64,000 nucleotides of DNA from an uncultured Legionellales bacterium (GCA_964352985.1 CAYGUK010000001.1:5374-69373), one strand, 5' to 3'. Numbered from the stretch's first letter, positions 38,473 through 49,087 are shown. Program-made: numbers and translations. The notes: generated by a model not told the origin, from the letters alone.

Positions 38473-39241
38473 ACCTCGTAAACGATTCGGTCAAAATTTT
38501 CTGCAAGATCATGTTGTGATTAGTAATATTATTGCCGCGCTTGCACCAAAACCAAAAGATAATATTGTTGAAATTGGACCAGGTTTAGGTGTTCTCACTC
38601 GTGAGGTCATTGATTTAGTTGATTTCTTACACGTCATTGAAATCGATCGTGATCTAATCACATTATTAGAAGAACAATTTCAAGATAATCCTAAAATTAA
38701 AATTCACCAAGCAGATGCATTACGCTATGATTTTTCCAAACTCGCAAAACCGGATCAACCTTTAAAACTTTTTGGTAATCTGCCTTATAATATTGCGACG
38801 CAGCTTATTTTTCATTTACTTGATAATGTTTCAATAATCTACGACATGCATTTCATGACTCAAAAAGAAGTTGCTGACAGAATGGCCGCAAAACCCCGAA
38901 CATCTGCCTATGGTCGCTTAAGCATCATGTTACAATATTACTGTCATGTCGAAGTTTTATTTGATGTCGACAAAACAGCATTTCATCCTGAACCAAAAGT
39001 CACTTCTTCAGTGGTACGGCTTATCCCCCATAAAATTAAACCTCATGTTGCTAAAGATATTTTTATCTTCGGAGAAATTGTTCGTGAGGCCTTTAATCAG
39101 CGTAGAAAAACCATTCGCAATAGTTTAAACAACTTTATCGAAGCTGAAACACTCGAAGATATCAATATCGATCCCAAACATCGGGCAGAAGAACTAACAA
39201 TTAAAGACTTCGTAAAAATCAGTAACTACCTATCTGAGTAA
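38453..39241 (+). CDS. rsmA: 16S rRNA (adenine1518/1519-N6)-dimethyltransferase
   Basis: PRKRFGQNFL, EIGPGLG and NLPYNI motifs. Confidence 0.92.
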   Translation: MSKRQHKPRKRFGQNFLQDHVVISNIIAALAPKPKDNIVEIGPGLGVLTREVIDLVDFLHVIEIDRDLITLLEEQFQDNPKIKIHQADALRYDFSKLAKPDQPLKLFGNLPYNIATQLIFHLLDNVSIIYDMHFMTQKEVADRMAAKPRTSAYGRLSIMLQYYCHVEVLFDVDKTAFHPEPKVTSSVVRLIPHKIKPHVAKDIFIFGEIVREAFNQRRKTIRNSLNNFIEAETLEDINIDPKHRAEELTIKDFVKISNYLSE

Positions 39242-39307
39242 AGGAAAATTGTACTCCGCGGATCAATATAGGCAAAATTATAAAAGAAATACTTATTATT
39301 TTTAGTT

Positions 39308-40111
39308 TTGTCTCGAATTATTTCAAGTTGTGAAACATCAACCCAAGAACATCGATGCAAGCGAAAAGGCTTAAGAGTTTATATTTCAGATAAAACTGAC
39401 TTTCAACAAAATTGTTATTCTGATGATAGTTCCATGGCAGGTTATTATGGCCATGACGATGGCATTTATTTACAACGACCCAAAAAATTTCAAGTTAGAT
39501 ATTTAGCTGCAACCATTATCCATGAAATTAGTCATTATATCTTTGATATTCTATTTGAGAATAAAGCTCAACCTTTTTCGACAGAGCAAGATGCGAAAAC
39601 ATTTCAAGAAATTATCAACAATACTAAAGAAGCTTTGGCTTCATCTCAAATCATGATTAATATAGCTGGGCTTTCTGATGAAAAAATAAATGAAGAATTT
39701 TTATTTGCTTTTAATTTACTTAACACTATATTTAATAATTATCCATCTGCAAAACACGCAAATGAATTAATTGTTGCGGTTCCAGAATTTTATTGTTTAT
39801 TCGGCCGTGATAAAGCTCGCATTTATCTAATAATGCTAGCACCAGGTTTAGTAGAATATTTTGTTGATGTTGTTCAACCTCGGATGCAACTTTTCATAAC
39901 AAGTCATCATTTATCCTTCAATAATTTGCGTCATGCATTTGCTCGTCCTCGAAATACTTCTATACCACTAAGTGATTTATCTCTTGCTACGAAAGAATAT
40001 CTCCTATTTGGATCGGCTAGTAGTAGCGAAGCAATAACACCTAAAATTAACCAGAAACCATCTACAACTACTGTCAAACCTCATAAAAACTTGAAACATT
40101 GTCATCGTTAG
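39308..40111 (+). CDS. orphan protein with an HExxH zinc-metalloprotease-like motif
   Basis: TIIHEISHYIF (H72-E-x-x-H76, nt 39521-39535). TTG start, so the start is uncertain. It is inserted between rsmA and apaG. Confidence 0.55.
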   Translation: MSRIISSCETSTQEHRCKRKGLRVYISDKTDFQQNCYSDDSSMAGYYGHDDGIYLQRPKKFQVRYLAATIIHEISHYIFDILFENKAQPFSTEQDAKTFQEIINNTKEALASSQIMINIAGLSDEKINEEFLFAFNLLNTIFNNYPSAKHANELIVAVPEFYCLFGRDKARIYLIMLAPGLVEYFVDVVQPRMQLFITSHHLSFNNLRHAFARPRNTSIPLSDLSLATKEYLLFGSASSSEAITPKINQKPSTTTVKPHKNLKHCHR

Positions 40112-40467
40112 TTATAAATTTCCCCATCGCATTCAAAAACAATCTCGAAAAACATTAAAGTCCTTAATATAGGTTCGAATAATATCCCATAATGGGAGCT
40201 GGATTTTTGTTATTAAATTGAACCCCGGTTATTTGAAAGCGCAACCACCTATAACACTAACAAAAAATATAAGATAACATTCTATAAAATAATAAATGAA
40301 AATAAAAATAATTATGTTAAGCAGCCAAGAAAAAAATGCTCATATAAAAAATCAAGTATACACACTCATTCAGAACTTTCCAGGTTTGAGCTCAGTTAAA
40401 AAAAACAAATAGCATTACCTTTATCAAAATTCAAAAATAAAGATGGGCTAATATTCATGAATTTGAA

Positions 40468-40853
40468 TTGACACATCCACCTAGACAAACAGTGCTAAGT
40501 CAAATTCCCTCAATCCAATTACTTGAAAGAGAAATGTATCATGATATGAGTTTATCGACTTATGAACGATTTATTCAGCACTTAGATAAACTAGCTCAAG
40601 AAATCCCAGAATGTGAAGAAGCTTTCGACCTCGCATGCAAAAATTTCTAACCATACACAAAGTTAAATTTAACAACTTACGTCAATCTATCGGCCAGCCA
40701 CAAGGTCGTTCTATTCCTCTTAGTGACTTACCCTTAGCAACTCAACAATATCTACTATTTGGTTCAGTCACTAAAACAAAACCGACCCCCTCTTCTCATA
40801 GCACGCCACTACCTGCAAAACATTATAAAAACATGAAACATCCACACCGCTAA
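40468..40853 (+). pseudogene. truncated, frameshifted remnant of a paralogue of the 39308-40111 gene
   Basis: Two overlapping frames (40468-40650 and 40635-40853). The second aligns with the C-terminus of the upstream gene. RMQKFLTIHKVKFNNLRQSIGQPQGRSIPLSDLPLATQQYLLFGS...KNMKHPHR matches RMQLFITSHHLSFNNLRHAFARPRNTSIPLSDLSLATKEYLLFGS...KNLKHCHR. No HExxH-bearing N-terminal part is present. Confidence 0.5.
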
Positions 40854-40969
40854 TGTCTCGCTAAAACTATTCGTCATTAAAGAAATATTTTAGTAACAAT
40901 ATTTAAGATTGAAGCTTACTATGTTAAATTAATTCATTAGTTAATTCTTAAATTAAGATTTCAACCAAC

Positions 40970-41353
40970 ATGCATGAAATTTTGGATAACGATGTATCGA
41001 TTGAAGTGACCACTAAATATTTAAATGATCACTCTGATCCTGCGAATGAGCAATATGTTTTTGCCTACACAATTGTAATTACCAATGTGGGTCGGATCCC
41101 CTCCAAACTTTTATCCCGCCATTGGATTATTACTGATGCAAACGGTGAAGTTCAAGAAGTTCGCGGTGTAGGTGTTGTCGGTGAACAACCGCATTTACAT
41201 CCGGGCGAAAGTTTTGAATACACCAGTAGCGCAATTCTTAATACACCCGTTGGTTCAATGCAAGGAAAATACCATTTAGTGAATGATCAAGGCGATTATT
41301 TTAACAGCGAAATTCCCGCTTTTTCGCTCGCCGCTCCAAACGTTGTTAATTAA
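40970..41353 (+). CDS. apaG: ApaG (DUF525) protein
   Basis: 127 aa with SRHWIITDANGEVQEVRGVGVVGEQP, typical of ApaG. Confidence 0.9.
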   Translation: MHEILDNDVSIEVTTKYLNDHSDPANEQYVFAYTIVITNVGRIPSKLLSRHWIITDANGEVQEVRGVGVVGEQPHLHPGESFEYTSSAILNTPVGSMQGKYHLVNDQGDYFNSEIPAFSLAAPNVVN

Positions 41354-41355
41354 TT

Positions 41356-42174
41356 ATGTCGACTTATGCAATTGGTGATATTCAAGGTTGTTATGATCAA
41401 TTATGTCATTTACTCGAAGCAATCAATTATGATAGTCAGCGCGATACATTATGGTTTACCGGTGACTTAGTTAATCGAGGGCCAAAATCATTAAAAACGT
41501 TACGATTCATTAAATCCTTACCTAATACTGTTGTGGTCTTAGGCAATCATGATTTACATTTACTTGCCGTTGCCGCAGATTTTAATCGATTAAAAAATAA
41601 AGATACTATCCAAAAAATATTTAAAGTTGATGACTGTGATGAATTACTCAATTGGCTAAGACTCCAAAAATTAATTCATTACGATCCTAAATTAAACTAT
41701 GTTTTAGTCCACGCTGGTTTCCCACCACAATGGGATTTAGCGACCGCAATTAAGTTAGCTCATGAAGTTGAAGAAATTATCCGCTCAAAAAAATGCAGCA
41801 AATTTTTAAAACACATGTATGGTGATGAACCCATTTGTTGGGATCCTGAATTAACTGATTGGGCACGACTCCGTTTCATTACTAATTGTTTAACTCGAAT
41901 AAGATATTGTACCCAAGCAGGTGAAATCGAACTTAAAACCAAAGGCCCACCCGGTGCGCAAGATAAACAATACTTTCCCTGGTTTGCCATCGAACAACGT
42001 CAAACCCAAGAAGTCGATATCATCTTTGGTCATTGGGCATCGCTGCAAGGTATCTCATATCTTCCTCGGATTCATGCGATCGACACCGGTTGTATTTGGG
42101 GCGGACAATTAACAGCAATGCGCTTAGAAGATCAAGTTCGCATTCAAGTACCAGGCTTAATCATTGAAAAATAG
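41356..42174 (+). CDS. apaH: bis(5'-nucleosyl)-tetraphosphatase, symmetrical
   Basis: MSTYAIGDIQGC, GDLVNRGP, GNHD and GHW metallophosphatase motifs. Confidence 0.9.
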   Translation: MSTYAIGDIQGCYDQLCHLLEAINYDSQRDTLWFTGDLVNRGPKSLKTLRFIKSLPNTVVVLGNHDLHLLAVAADFNRLKNKDTIQKIFKVDDCDELLNWLRLQKLIHYDPKLNYVLVHAGFPPQWDLATAIKLAHEVEEIIRSKKCSKFLKHMYGDEPICWDPELTDWARLRFITNCLTRIRYCTQAGEIELKTKGPPGAQDKQYFPWFAIEQRQTQEVDIIFGHWASLQGISYLPRIHAIDTGCIWGGQLTAMRLEDQVRIQVPGLIIEK

Positions 42175-42303
42175 ATAATAGTCCCCATCTATAGTGTGCT
42201 TATTACGCTACCTACTAATGTGCACTTATGCTATAATAAGACACTTTATTATTAAAGCTATTTAAAATCAATAGCTTAGCCTTATTCTGCATATTAGCAC
42301 TCA

Positions 42304-42332
42304 TTGCCTGAGAGTGCTAAAATTGCTATAAT
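42304..42332 (+). promoter_or_regulatory. candidate sigma70 promoter for rpoH, overlapping a 9-bp perfect hairpin
   Basis: TTGCCT (42304-42309), a 17-nt spacer, then TATAAT (42327-42332), 24 nt before the rpoH ATG. The inverted repeat ttagcactc (42294-42302) / gagtgctaa (42312-42320) brackets the -35. Confidence 0.3.
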
Positions 42333-42355
42333 TAGCGTTAGATTAAACGGAGAAA

Positions 42356-43225
42356 ATGACAGAAATGACTAAACATCTTGTCCCATACGAAACCAGTTTG
42401 CCGATTGGTAATCTCGATGCTTATGTTGCAAGAGTTAACCAAATTCCAATGCTCTCTCAACAAGAAGAGCAAGATTTGGCTACGCGTCTTTTAGAGCATG
42501 ATGATATCTCTGCTGCTCGTAAATTAGTCATGTCGCATTTACGTTTTGTCGTAAAAGTCGCTCGCAGTTATTCTGGTTATGGCTTAGCGCAAGCTGATTT
42601 AATTCAAGAAGGCAATATTGGCTTAATGAAAGCCGTTCGTCGCTTTGATCCAACAGTTGGCGTGCGTTTAGTTTCATTTGCCGTGCATTGGATTAAAGCT
42701 GAAATTCACGAGTTTATCCTCCGTAACTGGCGTATTGTTAAAGTGGCCACCACTAAGGCACAACGCAAATTATTTTTTAATCTTCGCAAATCAAAAAAAC
42801 GTTTAGGTTGGTTTAGCCAAGATGAAGTCGCCGGCGTCGCCAGAGACTTAGGTGTCACCTGCAAAGATGTGCTCGAAATGGAGTCTCGACTTAATGCAAT
42901 CGATGCCCAATTTGACGCACCTGCCAGTGAAAACGATGATAAAACTTATTTTGCCTCACCTGAGCAATATCTTGAAAGTAGTGCTGAAGATCCTGCTAAT
43001 ATCATTGAAAATGGTAATTGGCAAAATCTTTATGAAGATCGATTAGCAACAGCGCTTGATAATTTGGATGATCGTGCTCGTGATATTCTTCAACAACGTT
43101 GGTTAGACGATAAAAAAGCGACCCTGCATGATTTAGCCGCTAAATATAATGTTTCAGCTGAACGTATTCGTCAGCTAGAAGCTAACGCCATTAAAAAGCT
43201 ACAACAAGACATTATAATTCATTGA
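42356..43225 (+). CDS. rpoH: RNA polymerase sigma-32 (heat-shock sigma factor)
   Basis: Contains the RpoH box [10 protein letters not shown] and region 2 [18 protein letters not shown]. 289 aa. Confidence 0.92.
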   Translation: MTEMTKHLVPYETSLPIGNLDAYVARVNQIPMLSQQEEQDLATRLLEHDDISAARKLVMSHLRFVVKVARSYSGYGLAQADLIQEGNIGLMKAVRRFDPTVGVRLVSFAVHWIKAEIHEFILRNWRIVKVATTKAQRKLFFNLRKSKKRLGWFSQDEVAGVARDLGVTCKDVLEMESRLNAIDAQFDAPASENDDKTYFASPEQYLESSAEDPANIIENGNWQNLYEDRLATALDNLDDRARDILQQRWLDDKKATLHDLAAKYNVSAERIRQLEANAIKKLQQDIIIH

Positions 43226-43392
43226 TAATTGGATAAATTCTATATCCGATTTTTAGATTAAAAAATAAGTAGTGTAAATACAAAATCAAATACTGTATAA
43301 TGCACGTTCTCTTCAAGGATATTTCACTTCATGGATTGTAGTAACTAACTAACTATACTTAAACTATAAAATCTAATCAGGAGTCTTTATAA

Positions 43393-43803
43393 ATGAAACT
43401 TTCAAAAGTGCTTGTAGCTATTGCAATTGTTTTTTCTATGTCACAGGTATTTGCATTAACAACATCACAAGCTAATGACACAAGAATGACCGTGCAAAAT
43501 GTTGATGGAACCACTCCAGCTGATAAAATGACACAAATTACTTATACAATTAAAGATCAAAATTTACAGTTATGTTGGCAAGGTATCCTCGATAAAGATA
43601 ACACAACACCATATGAACTCAATCAATCTAATTTATTACCTTCTCACCCTGCAGATTGCATGACATCACCACAATATGATGTAACAATTTCTGGTACCGA
43701 AGCTTCACATCATGTTGGATTACAACCAGCAGGTTCATTATGCCAAGGTATTCACAATCATTTTGGCATTAACTACATTCAAGTCCAATGCATCATGCAA
43801 TAA
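43393..43803 (+). CDS. small secreted hypothetical protein (4 Cys)
   Basis: Signal peptide MKLSKVLVAIAIVFSMSQVFA and aggag SD upstream. No family recognised. Confidence 0.5.
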   Translation: MKLSKVLVAIAIVFSMSQVFALTTSQANDTRMTVQNVDGTTPADKMTQITYTIKDQNLQLCWQGILDKDNTTPYELNQSNLLPSHPADCMTSPQYDVTISGTEASHHVGLQPAGSLCQGIHNHFGINYIQVQCIMQ

Positions 43804-43814
43804 AGTGTTTTCGA

Positions 43815-43844
43815 TTTTAAGGGCAATCTAAATTGCCCTTAAAA
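43815..43844. terminator. perfect 13-bp hairpin downstream of 43393-43803
   Basis: ttttaagggcaat / attgcccttaaaa with a 4-nt loop. There is no U-tract after the stem on either strand, so function is inferred from position. Confidence 0.4.
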
Positions 43845-43940
43845 TTACATATGATTATGATTTCTATCTTACTTTCTAAATGTTACTATTGTATAACTAC
43901 CTTTCTAATAAATTGTGCATAATTAATTCAGGGAGAACCA

Positions 43941-45140
43941 ATGACTGCACTAATTTACGCTATTCTAGTCGTAATTATTTTGCTGTTACTATGGCTTTTA
44001 ATTCGGAGTTCCGGCTCTAGAACGTCATCGAAACAACAGCTTCAACAATTAGTGCAAGAATTTCAAACGACTGCTCCTGAATCATCTGAAACAAAAGAAC
44101 AAGAAACTGAAAAAAATGAAAATACAACCGAATCTGTTACATCTATCGATGAAGATACCATTGACTCAGAAATCATTCGTGATCTCGCTTCGTTTCGTTT
44201 AGTCACCAGAGAAGAGGTTTCACCTCAGCAATTAGAATTTATCACTAAAAAATCTAAAAACATGCCACGGCCAAATCCGATATTAGCACCACTCACAAAA
44301 GGAATAAGTGATACTCAAGAATTAATATTACTCGTTCAAGGCGACGCAGAAATTGCGGCGCAAGTTTTAAGAACCGTTAATTCAGCAGCATTTTATTTAA
44401 ATAAAGAAATCACTAGCATTCACCATGCTGTCATTTATTTAGGCATTAATATTGTAAAAAATATTGCGCTTCACATTGCACTTCGTGGCACGTTAAAAGC
44501 AGAAACCGCTGATCAAGCGGAAGCTTATAAAAATATTTGGTCGACCAGTTATCTCGCTAGTGCGATTTCAGAAAAAGTCGCCACCGCTGTTGGTATTAGT
44601 AATCCTGGTGGTTTATCAACACAATCTTTATTATTTAGCATCGGTGATTTAGGCATTATTTCATTTTTTCCTGAAGCGGCTAAATTTCATAACGAACATT
44701 TAGGATTATTTGAAAGAACGAAAAAAGAACAAGATATTTTTCATGTTAATTCAGCTATCGTTGGAAAAATTTTAGCGGAACAATGGGAATTGCCTAACTC
44801 CATTATTAACTGTATTGAAAATTGTTTAACCCCAATGATCACACCACCTGAGCGTATTGATTTAGGTAAAATGGTTATTCAACCGGTTGTCTTTTGTTAT
44901 GCCATTAATCGAATTTGCGATTTAATCGTTTACGATAATATCCGCGACATTGGCGAAGTGAATTTTAAAAAACTAGCGCCACATGAATCCTATTTTCTCA
45001 AAAATTATCTCAATATGGTTCACTTGAATAAACTTGATATGTTGCTTAAAGATGCCAAACTTCGTAACAGTATCAATAATATCATCAAACAAATTCTGCC
45101 CGAAGATGCCGATCTAAATAGGCAAAGTAAAACATCATGA
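43941..45140 (+). CDS. membrane-anchored HDOD-domain signalling protein
   Basis: N-terminal TM, then AAQVLRTVNSAAFYL...ITSIHHAVIYLGINIVKNIAL, characteristic of HDOD domains. Confidence 0.72.
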   Translation: MTALIYAILVVIILLLLWLLIRSSGSRTSSKQQLQQLVQEFQTTAPESSETKEQETEKNENTTESVTSIDEDTIDSEIIRDLASFRLVTREEVSPQQLEFITKKSKNMPRPNPILAPLTKGISDTQELILLVQGDAEIAAQVLRTVNSAAFYLNKEITSIHHAVIYLGINIVKNIALHIALRGTLKAETADQAEAYKNIWSTSYLASAISEKVATAVGISNPGGLSTQSLLFSIGDLGIISFFPEAAKFHNEHLGLFERTKKEQDIFHVNSAIVGKILAEQWELPNSIINCIENCLTPMITPPERIDLGKMVIQPVVFCYAINRICDLIVYDNIRDIGEVNFKKLAPHESYFLKNYLNMVHLNKLDMLLKDAKLRNSINNIIKQILPEDADLNRQSKTS

Positions 45141-45252
45141 AGCATTAGAATTCTGCACATTGACGTAAGATATTCTAATTCCACTTATTTAAATAAAAGC
45201 AGTATAATGGCGACCTACTATATTAAAATCCAAGCAAACAAGGAGAGATCCC

Positions 45253-47916
45253 GTGAGTGATCGCAATTCATTTCGTCGTACTATCGATGCTGGTGGTAAA
45301 TCCTATGATTATTTCAGTATCAAAGCTGCAGAAGAACAAGGCTATGGTAATTTTTCACGATTACCTTTTTCATTAAAAGTCTTACTCGAAAATCTATTAC
45401 GCCACCTTGATGGTAAAGTCGTTCACGCTGACGATATTAAAGCGCTGAATACTTGGTTAAAAAATAAAACCTCTACGCGTGAAATTGCTTATCATCCTGC
45501 TCGTGTTTTAATGCAAGATTTCACGGGTGTGCCAGCGGTTGTCGATCTCGCCGCCATGCGCACGGCGATGGAACAATTGGGCGGCGATCCTAATAAAATT
45601 AATCCGCTATCTCCAGTTGATTTAGTCATTGACCACTCAGTACAAGTCGATAAATTTGCTTCAAACGATGCGTTTAAAATTAATGTCGCCACTGAAATGT
45701 CGCGTAATTTAGAACGCTACGAATTATTACGTTGGGGACAAACTGCTTTTTCAAACTTTGCCGTAGTACCACCTGGCACGGGTATTTGCCATCAAGTGAA
45801 TTTAGAATTTTTAGCGAAATGTGTTTGGCAAAAAGTTGAAGAAGGTAAATCCATCGCCTATCCCGATACTTTAGTCGGCACCGATTCTCATACTACCATG
45901 ATTAACGGCCTCGGTGTTCTCGGCTGGGGTGTTGGTGGTATTGAAGCGGAAGCAGCGATATTGGGCCAACCCATTTCTATGTTAATTCCTGAAGTGATTG
46001 GATTTAAATTGAAAGGCAAATTAAACGAAGGCGTCACTGCAACAGATTTAGTTTTAACTGTCACCCAAATGCTTCGTGAACGTGGTGTAGTCGGTAAATT
46101 CGTTGAATACTTTGGTCCTGGTTTAAGTGAACTCCCACTCGCCGATAGAGCAACACTTAGCAACATGGCACCAGAATATGGTGCAACTTGTGGCTTTTTC
46201 CCAATCGATCAAGTCACCATTGATTACTTGAAATTATCCAATCGCAGTGCTGAAACCATTGCGTTAGTTGAAGCTTACACTAAAGAACAAGGCTTGTGGC
46301 ATAGTAACAATGCAGAAGAACCTATCTTTACGGATTTCTTACAACTTGATTTAGCAACAGTCAAACCCAGTGTCGCAGGTCCAAAACGTCCACAAGATAA
46401 AGTTTACTTAACTGATTTACCTGAAGCGATTACCGCCTTTATTAAATCTGCCGGCAAAGAAAAAGAAATTAACAAAGAGTTTGCATCTGATCATTTCACC
46501 ATGCACCACGGTGATATTGTTATCGCTGCAATTACCAGTTGCACCAATACCTCAAATCCAAGCGTCATGTTAGCAGCAGGTATTGTTGCGAAAAAAGCAT
46601 TAGCAAAAGGCTTAACTCGTAAACCCTGGGTTAAAACATCGTTAGCGCCTGGTTCAAAAGTCGTAACCGAATATTTAGAAAAAGCCGGATTACAAACTCA
46701 CTTAAACGATCTTGGTTTTAACTTAGTCGGTTATGGTTGTACGACTTGTATTGGAAACTCAGGGCCATTACCTGATGATGTTGCAAAAACTGTGAGCGAT
46801 AATGATTTAGTCGCTTGCGCTGTTTTATCGGGTAACAGAAATTTTGAAGGTCGTATCCATCCCTTAGTCAAAGCAAATTGGTTAGCTTCCCCTCCTTTAG
46901 TTGTGGCTTATGCGATTGCGGGAACAACCAACATTAATTTAAGTGAAGATGTCATTGGTCAAGATCAAGATGGTAAACCCGTTTATTTAAAAGAGATTTG
47001 GCCGACCACTGATGAAATTAATGAAGCACTAAAAAGTGTCACCAATGAAGGATTTAAATCACAATATGCTGATGTATTTAGTGGTGATAATGAATGGCGT
47101 AGTATTGATATTCCTTCAGGCAATGTTTATGCCTGGAATGATCAATCCACTTACGTGCAATTACCACCCTTTTTTGAAGGCCTCACCACAAAACCTGCTC
47201 CTGTCAAAAATATTATGGGTGCAAACATGTTAGCTTTATTGGGTGATAGCGTTACCACCGATCATATTTCACCTGCTGGTGCGATTAAAGCAGATAGTCC
47301 TGCGGGTCATTATCTAAAAAGCCATGGTGTTGATCCAATCGACTTTAACTCTTTTGGTTCAAGACGTGGTAACCATGAAGTGATGATGCGCGGCACGTTT
47401 GCTAACATTCGTATTCGTAACGAAATGGCACCGGGTACTGAAGGGGGATTTACTACTTACATTCCTGATGGCAAAGTCATGTCAATTTACGACGCGGCCA
47501 TGAAATATAAAGATAGTCACACACCCTTAGTCGTTGTTGCAGGTAAAGAATACGGTACGGGTTCTTCACGAGATTGGGCTGCCAAAGGAACAGTGTTACT
47601 CGGCGTTAAAGCCGTGATTGCAGAAAGCTTTGAACGTATCCATCGTTCAAACTTAATCGGCATGGGTGTATTACCTTTACAATTTAAAGATAATCAAAAT
47701 CGCAAATCACTTAATTTAAGTGGTAAAGAAACTTTTGATATCGTGAATCTTGAAAAAGGTTTAACACCAAGAATGGATATCCACGCGGTGATTCATTACC
47801 CTGATGGAAGTCACAAAGAAGTCACCCTACTTTCTAGAATCGATACGCAAAACGAAGTCGAATACTATGAAAACGGTGGGATTTTACAATTAGTTTTACG
47901 TAAACTTTTAAAATAA
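45253..47916 (+). CDS. acnA: aconitate hydratase A
   Basis: GTG start with aaggaga SD. 887 aa with VVDLAAMR, DSHTTM and the Cys ligands ITSCTNTSNP and GCTTCIGNSG. Confidence 0.93.
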   Translation: MSDRNSFRRTIDAGGKSYDYFSIKAAEEQGYGNFSRLPFSLKVLLENLLRHLDGKVVHADDIKALNTWLKNKTSTREIAYHPARVLMQDFTGVPAVVDLAAMRTAMEQLGGDPNKINPLSPVDLVIDHSVQVDKFASNDAFKINVATEMSRNLERYELLRWGQTAFSNFAVVPPGTGICHQVNLEFLAKCVWQKVEEGKSIAYPDTLVGTDSHTTMINGLGVLGWGVGGIEAEAAILGQPISMLIPEVIGFKLKGKLNEGVTATDLVLTVTQMLRERGVVGKFVEYFGPGLSELPLADRATLSNMAPEYGATCGFFPIDQVTIDYLKLSNRSAETIALVEAYTKEQGLWHSNNAEEPIFTDFLQLDLATVKPSVAGPKRPQDKVYLTDLPEAITAFIKSAGKEKEINKEFASDHFTMHHGDIVIAAITSCTNTSNPSVMLAAGIVAKKALAKGLTRKPWVKTSLAPGSKVVTEYLEKAGLQTHLNDLGFNLVGYGCTTCIGNSGPLPDDVAKTVSDNDLVACAVLSGNRNFEGRIHPLVKANWLASPPLVVAYAIAGTTNINLSEDVIGQDQDGKPVYLKEIWPTTDEINEALKSVTNEGFKSQYADVFSGDNEWRSIDIPSGNVYAWNDQSTYVQLPPFFEGLTTKPAPVKNIMGANMLALLGDSVTTDHISPAGAIKADSPAGHYLKSHGVDPIDFNSFGSRRGNHEVMMRGTFANIRIRNEMAPGTEGGFTTYIPDGKVMSIYDAAMKYKDSHTPLVVVAGKEYGTGSSRDWAAKGTVLLGVKAVIAESFERIHRSNLIGMGVLPLQFKDNQNRKSLNLSGKETFDIVNLEKGLTPRMDIHAVIHYPDGSHKEVTLLSRIDTQNEVEYYENGGILQLVLRKLLK

Positions 47917-47931
47917 TTGTTTTCAAAAAAT

Positions 47932-47967
47932 AATACTGAGCATGTCTATTATTTCATGCTCAGTATT
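47932..47967. terminator. perfect 13-bp hairpin between acnA and the prpB-like gene
   Basis: aatactgagcatg / catgctcagtatt with a 10-nt loop. The U-tract (attttttg) follows the stem only when read on the minus strand. Confidence 0.45.
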
Positions 47968-48000
47968 AAAACTAAAACCATACTGCAAAGGTAGAGAGAA

Positions 48001-48852
48001 ATGAAACGCACGACGCAATTGGCCAATCTCATTAAATCAGATGAAATTTTAATTTGTCCAGGCACCTATGATGGTTTAACCGCTCGTTTAGTAGAACAAG
48101 CTGGGTTTAAAGCTATTTATGTCAGTGGCGGTGCGATTGCGCGTAGTTCTGGTTATCCTGATATTGGTCTTCTTAGTTATAATGACGTAATTGATAGATT
48201 AAGCCAAATTGCTGATGTTACCAATATTCCAATTATTGCCGATGCCGATACCGGTTTTGGCAATGTCATTAATGTTTATCATACTATTAAACAATTTGAA
48301 CGCGCTGGCGTTTCTGCTATCCATTTAGAAGATCAAGAATTTCCAAAACGTTGTGGTCACTTGGATAATAAAAAATTAATCTCTGCTGAGGAAATGGTTC
48401 AAAAAATAAAAGTCGCCAAAGATGTCATCATTGATCCCGATTTCACCTTGATCGCTCGAACCGATGCTATCGCGGTTGAAGGATTCGATGCGGCAATCGA
48501 TAGAGCAAATCAATATGTTGAAGCAGGTGCGGATGTGATCTTTGTTGAAGCACCACAAACACCTGAACAAATCGAAAAAATCTCACAACAAGTTAATGCC
48601 CCACTTTTAATAAATATGTTTTATGGAGGCAAAACCCCATTAATACCCACGGATAAATTACAAGAATATGGCTACCGTATCATCATCATTCCTTCCGATC
48701 TGCAACGTGCCGCAATTTCTGCGTATCAAAAAACATTGAAAGTGATTATGGAAAATGGTGACTCAGGAAAAATTGCCAAAGAATTAGCCACTTTCCAAGA
48801 ACGTGAAATTATTATCGCCACTAAGGAATATTTAGCACTAGACAAAACTTAA
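48001..48852 (+). CDS. isocitrate lyase/PEP mutase superfamily enzyme (2-methylisocitrate lyase-like)
   Basis: PGTYDGLTARL, ADADTGFG and IHLEDQEFPKRCGHL motifs. Confidence 0.8.
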   Translation: MKRTTQLANLIKSDEILICPGTYDGLTARLVEQAGFKAIYVSGGAIARSSGYPDIGLLSYNDVIDRLSQIADVTNIPIIADADTGFGNVINVYHTIKQFERAGVSAIHLEDQEFPKRCGHLDNKKLISAEEMVQKIKVAKDVIIDPDFTLIARTDAIAVEGFDAAIDRANQYVEAGADVIFVEAPQTPEQIEKISQQVNAPLLINMFYGGKTPLIPTDKLQEYGYRIIIIPSDLQRAAISAYQKTLKVIMENGDSGKIAKELATFQEREIIIATKEYLALDKT

Positions 48853-49087
48853 AGCCTATGATATCAAACGCTTTTTTTTGCGTGGACAATTTTATATTGA
48901 TAATTGGTTAATTCGAATCAGCAAGATTTTTGCTAAGCAATCTTACTAAGATGTAACCGATAAATATCCACACTAAAAAAATTCAATAACACAACAGTAT
49001 TATTTTTGACTTAAATTAGATACCATATTTCATGCTAACAATAAGTAAAATTTCATCATAATAATACTAAAATCGGCAGAGGGCTTC

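Noticed and set aside
40160-40200. GGTTCGAAT (40172-40180), resembling a tRNA T-arm and possibly a tRNA fragment or att site for the rsmA-apaG insertion.
   Set aside because: There is no complementary T-stem, acceptor stem or CCA-proximal sequence around it. A chance match in AT-rich DNA is more likely.
43231-43256. Short hairpin ggata/tatcc followed by gattttt after rpoH, considered as an intrinsic terminator.
   Set aside because: It has only a 5-bp AT-rich stem, too weak to call with confidence.
45144-45179. Inverted repeat attagaat ... attctaat bracketing a TTGACG upstream of acnA, considered as a Fur or iron-responsive operator.
   Set aside because: It does not resemble the Fur box consensus (GATAATGATAATCATTATC). 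The arms are 8 bp of AT-rich sequence with a 20-nt gap and could arise by chance.
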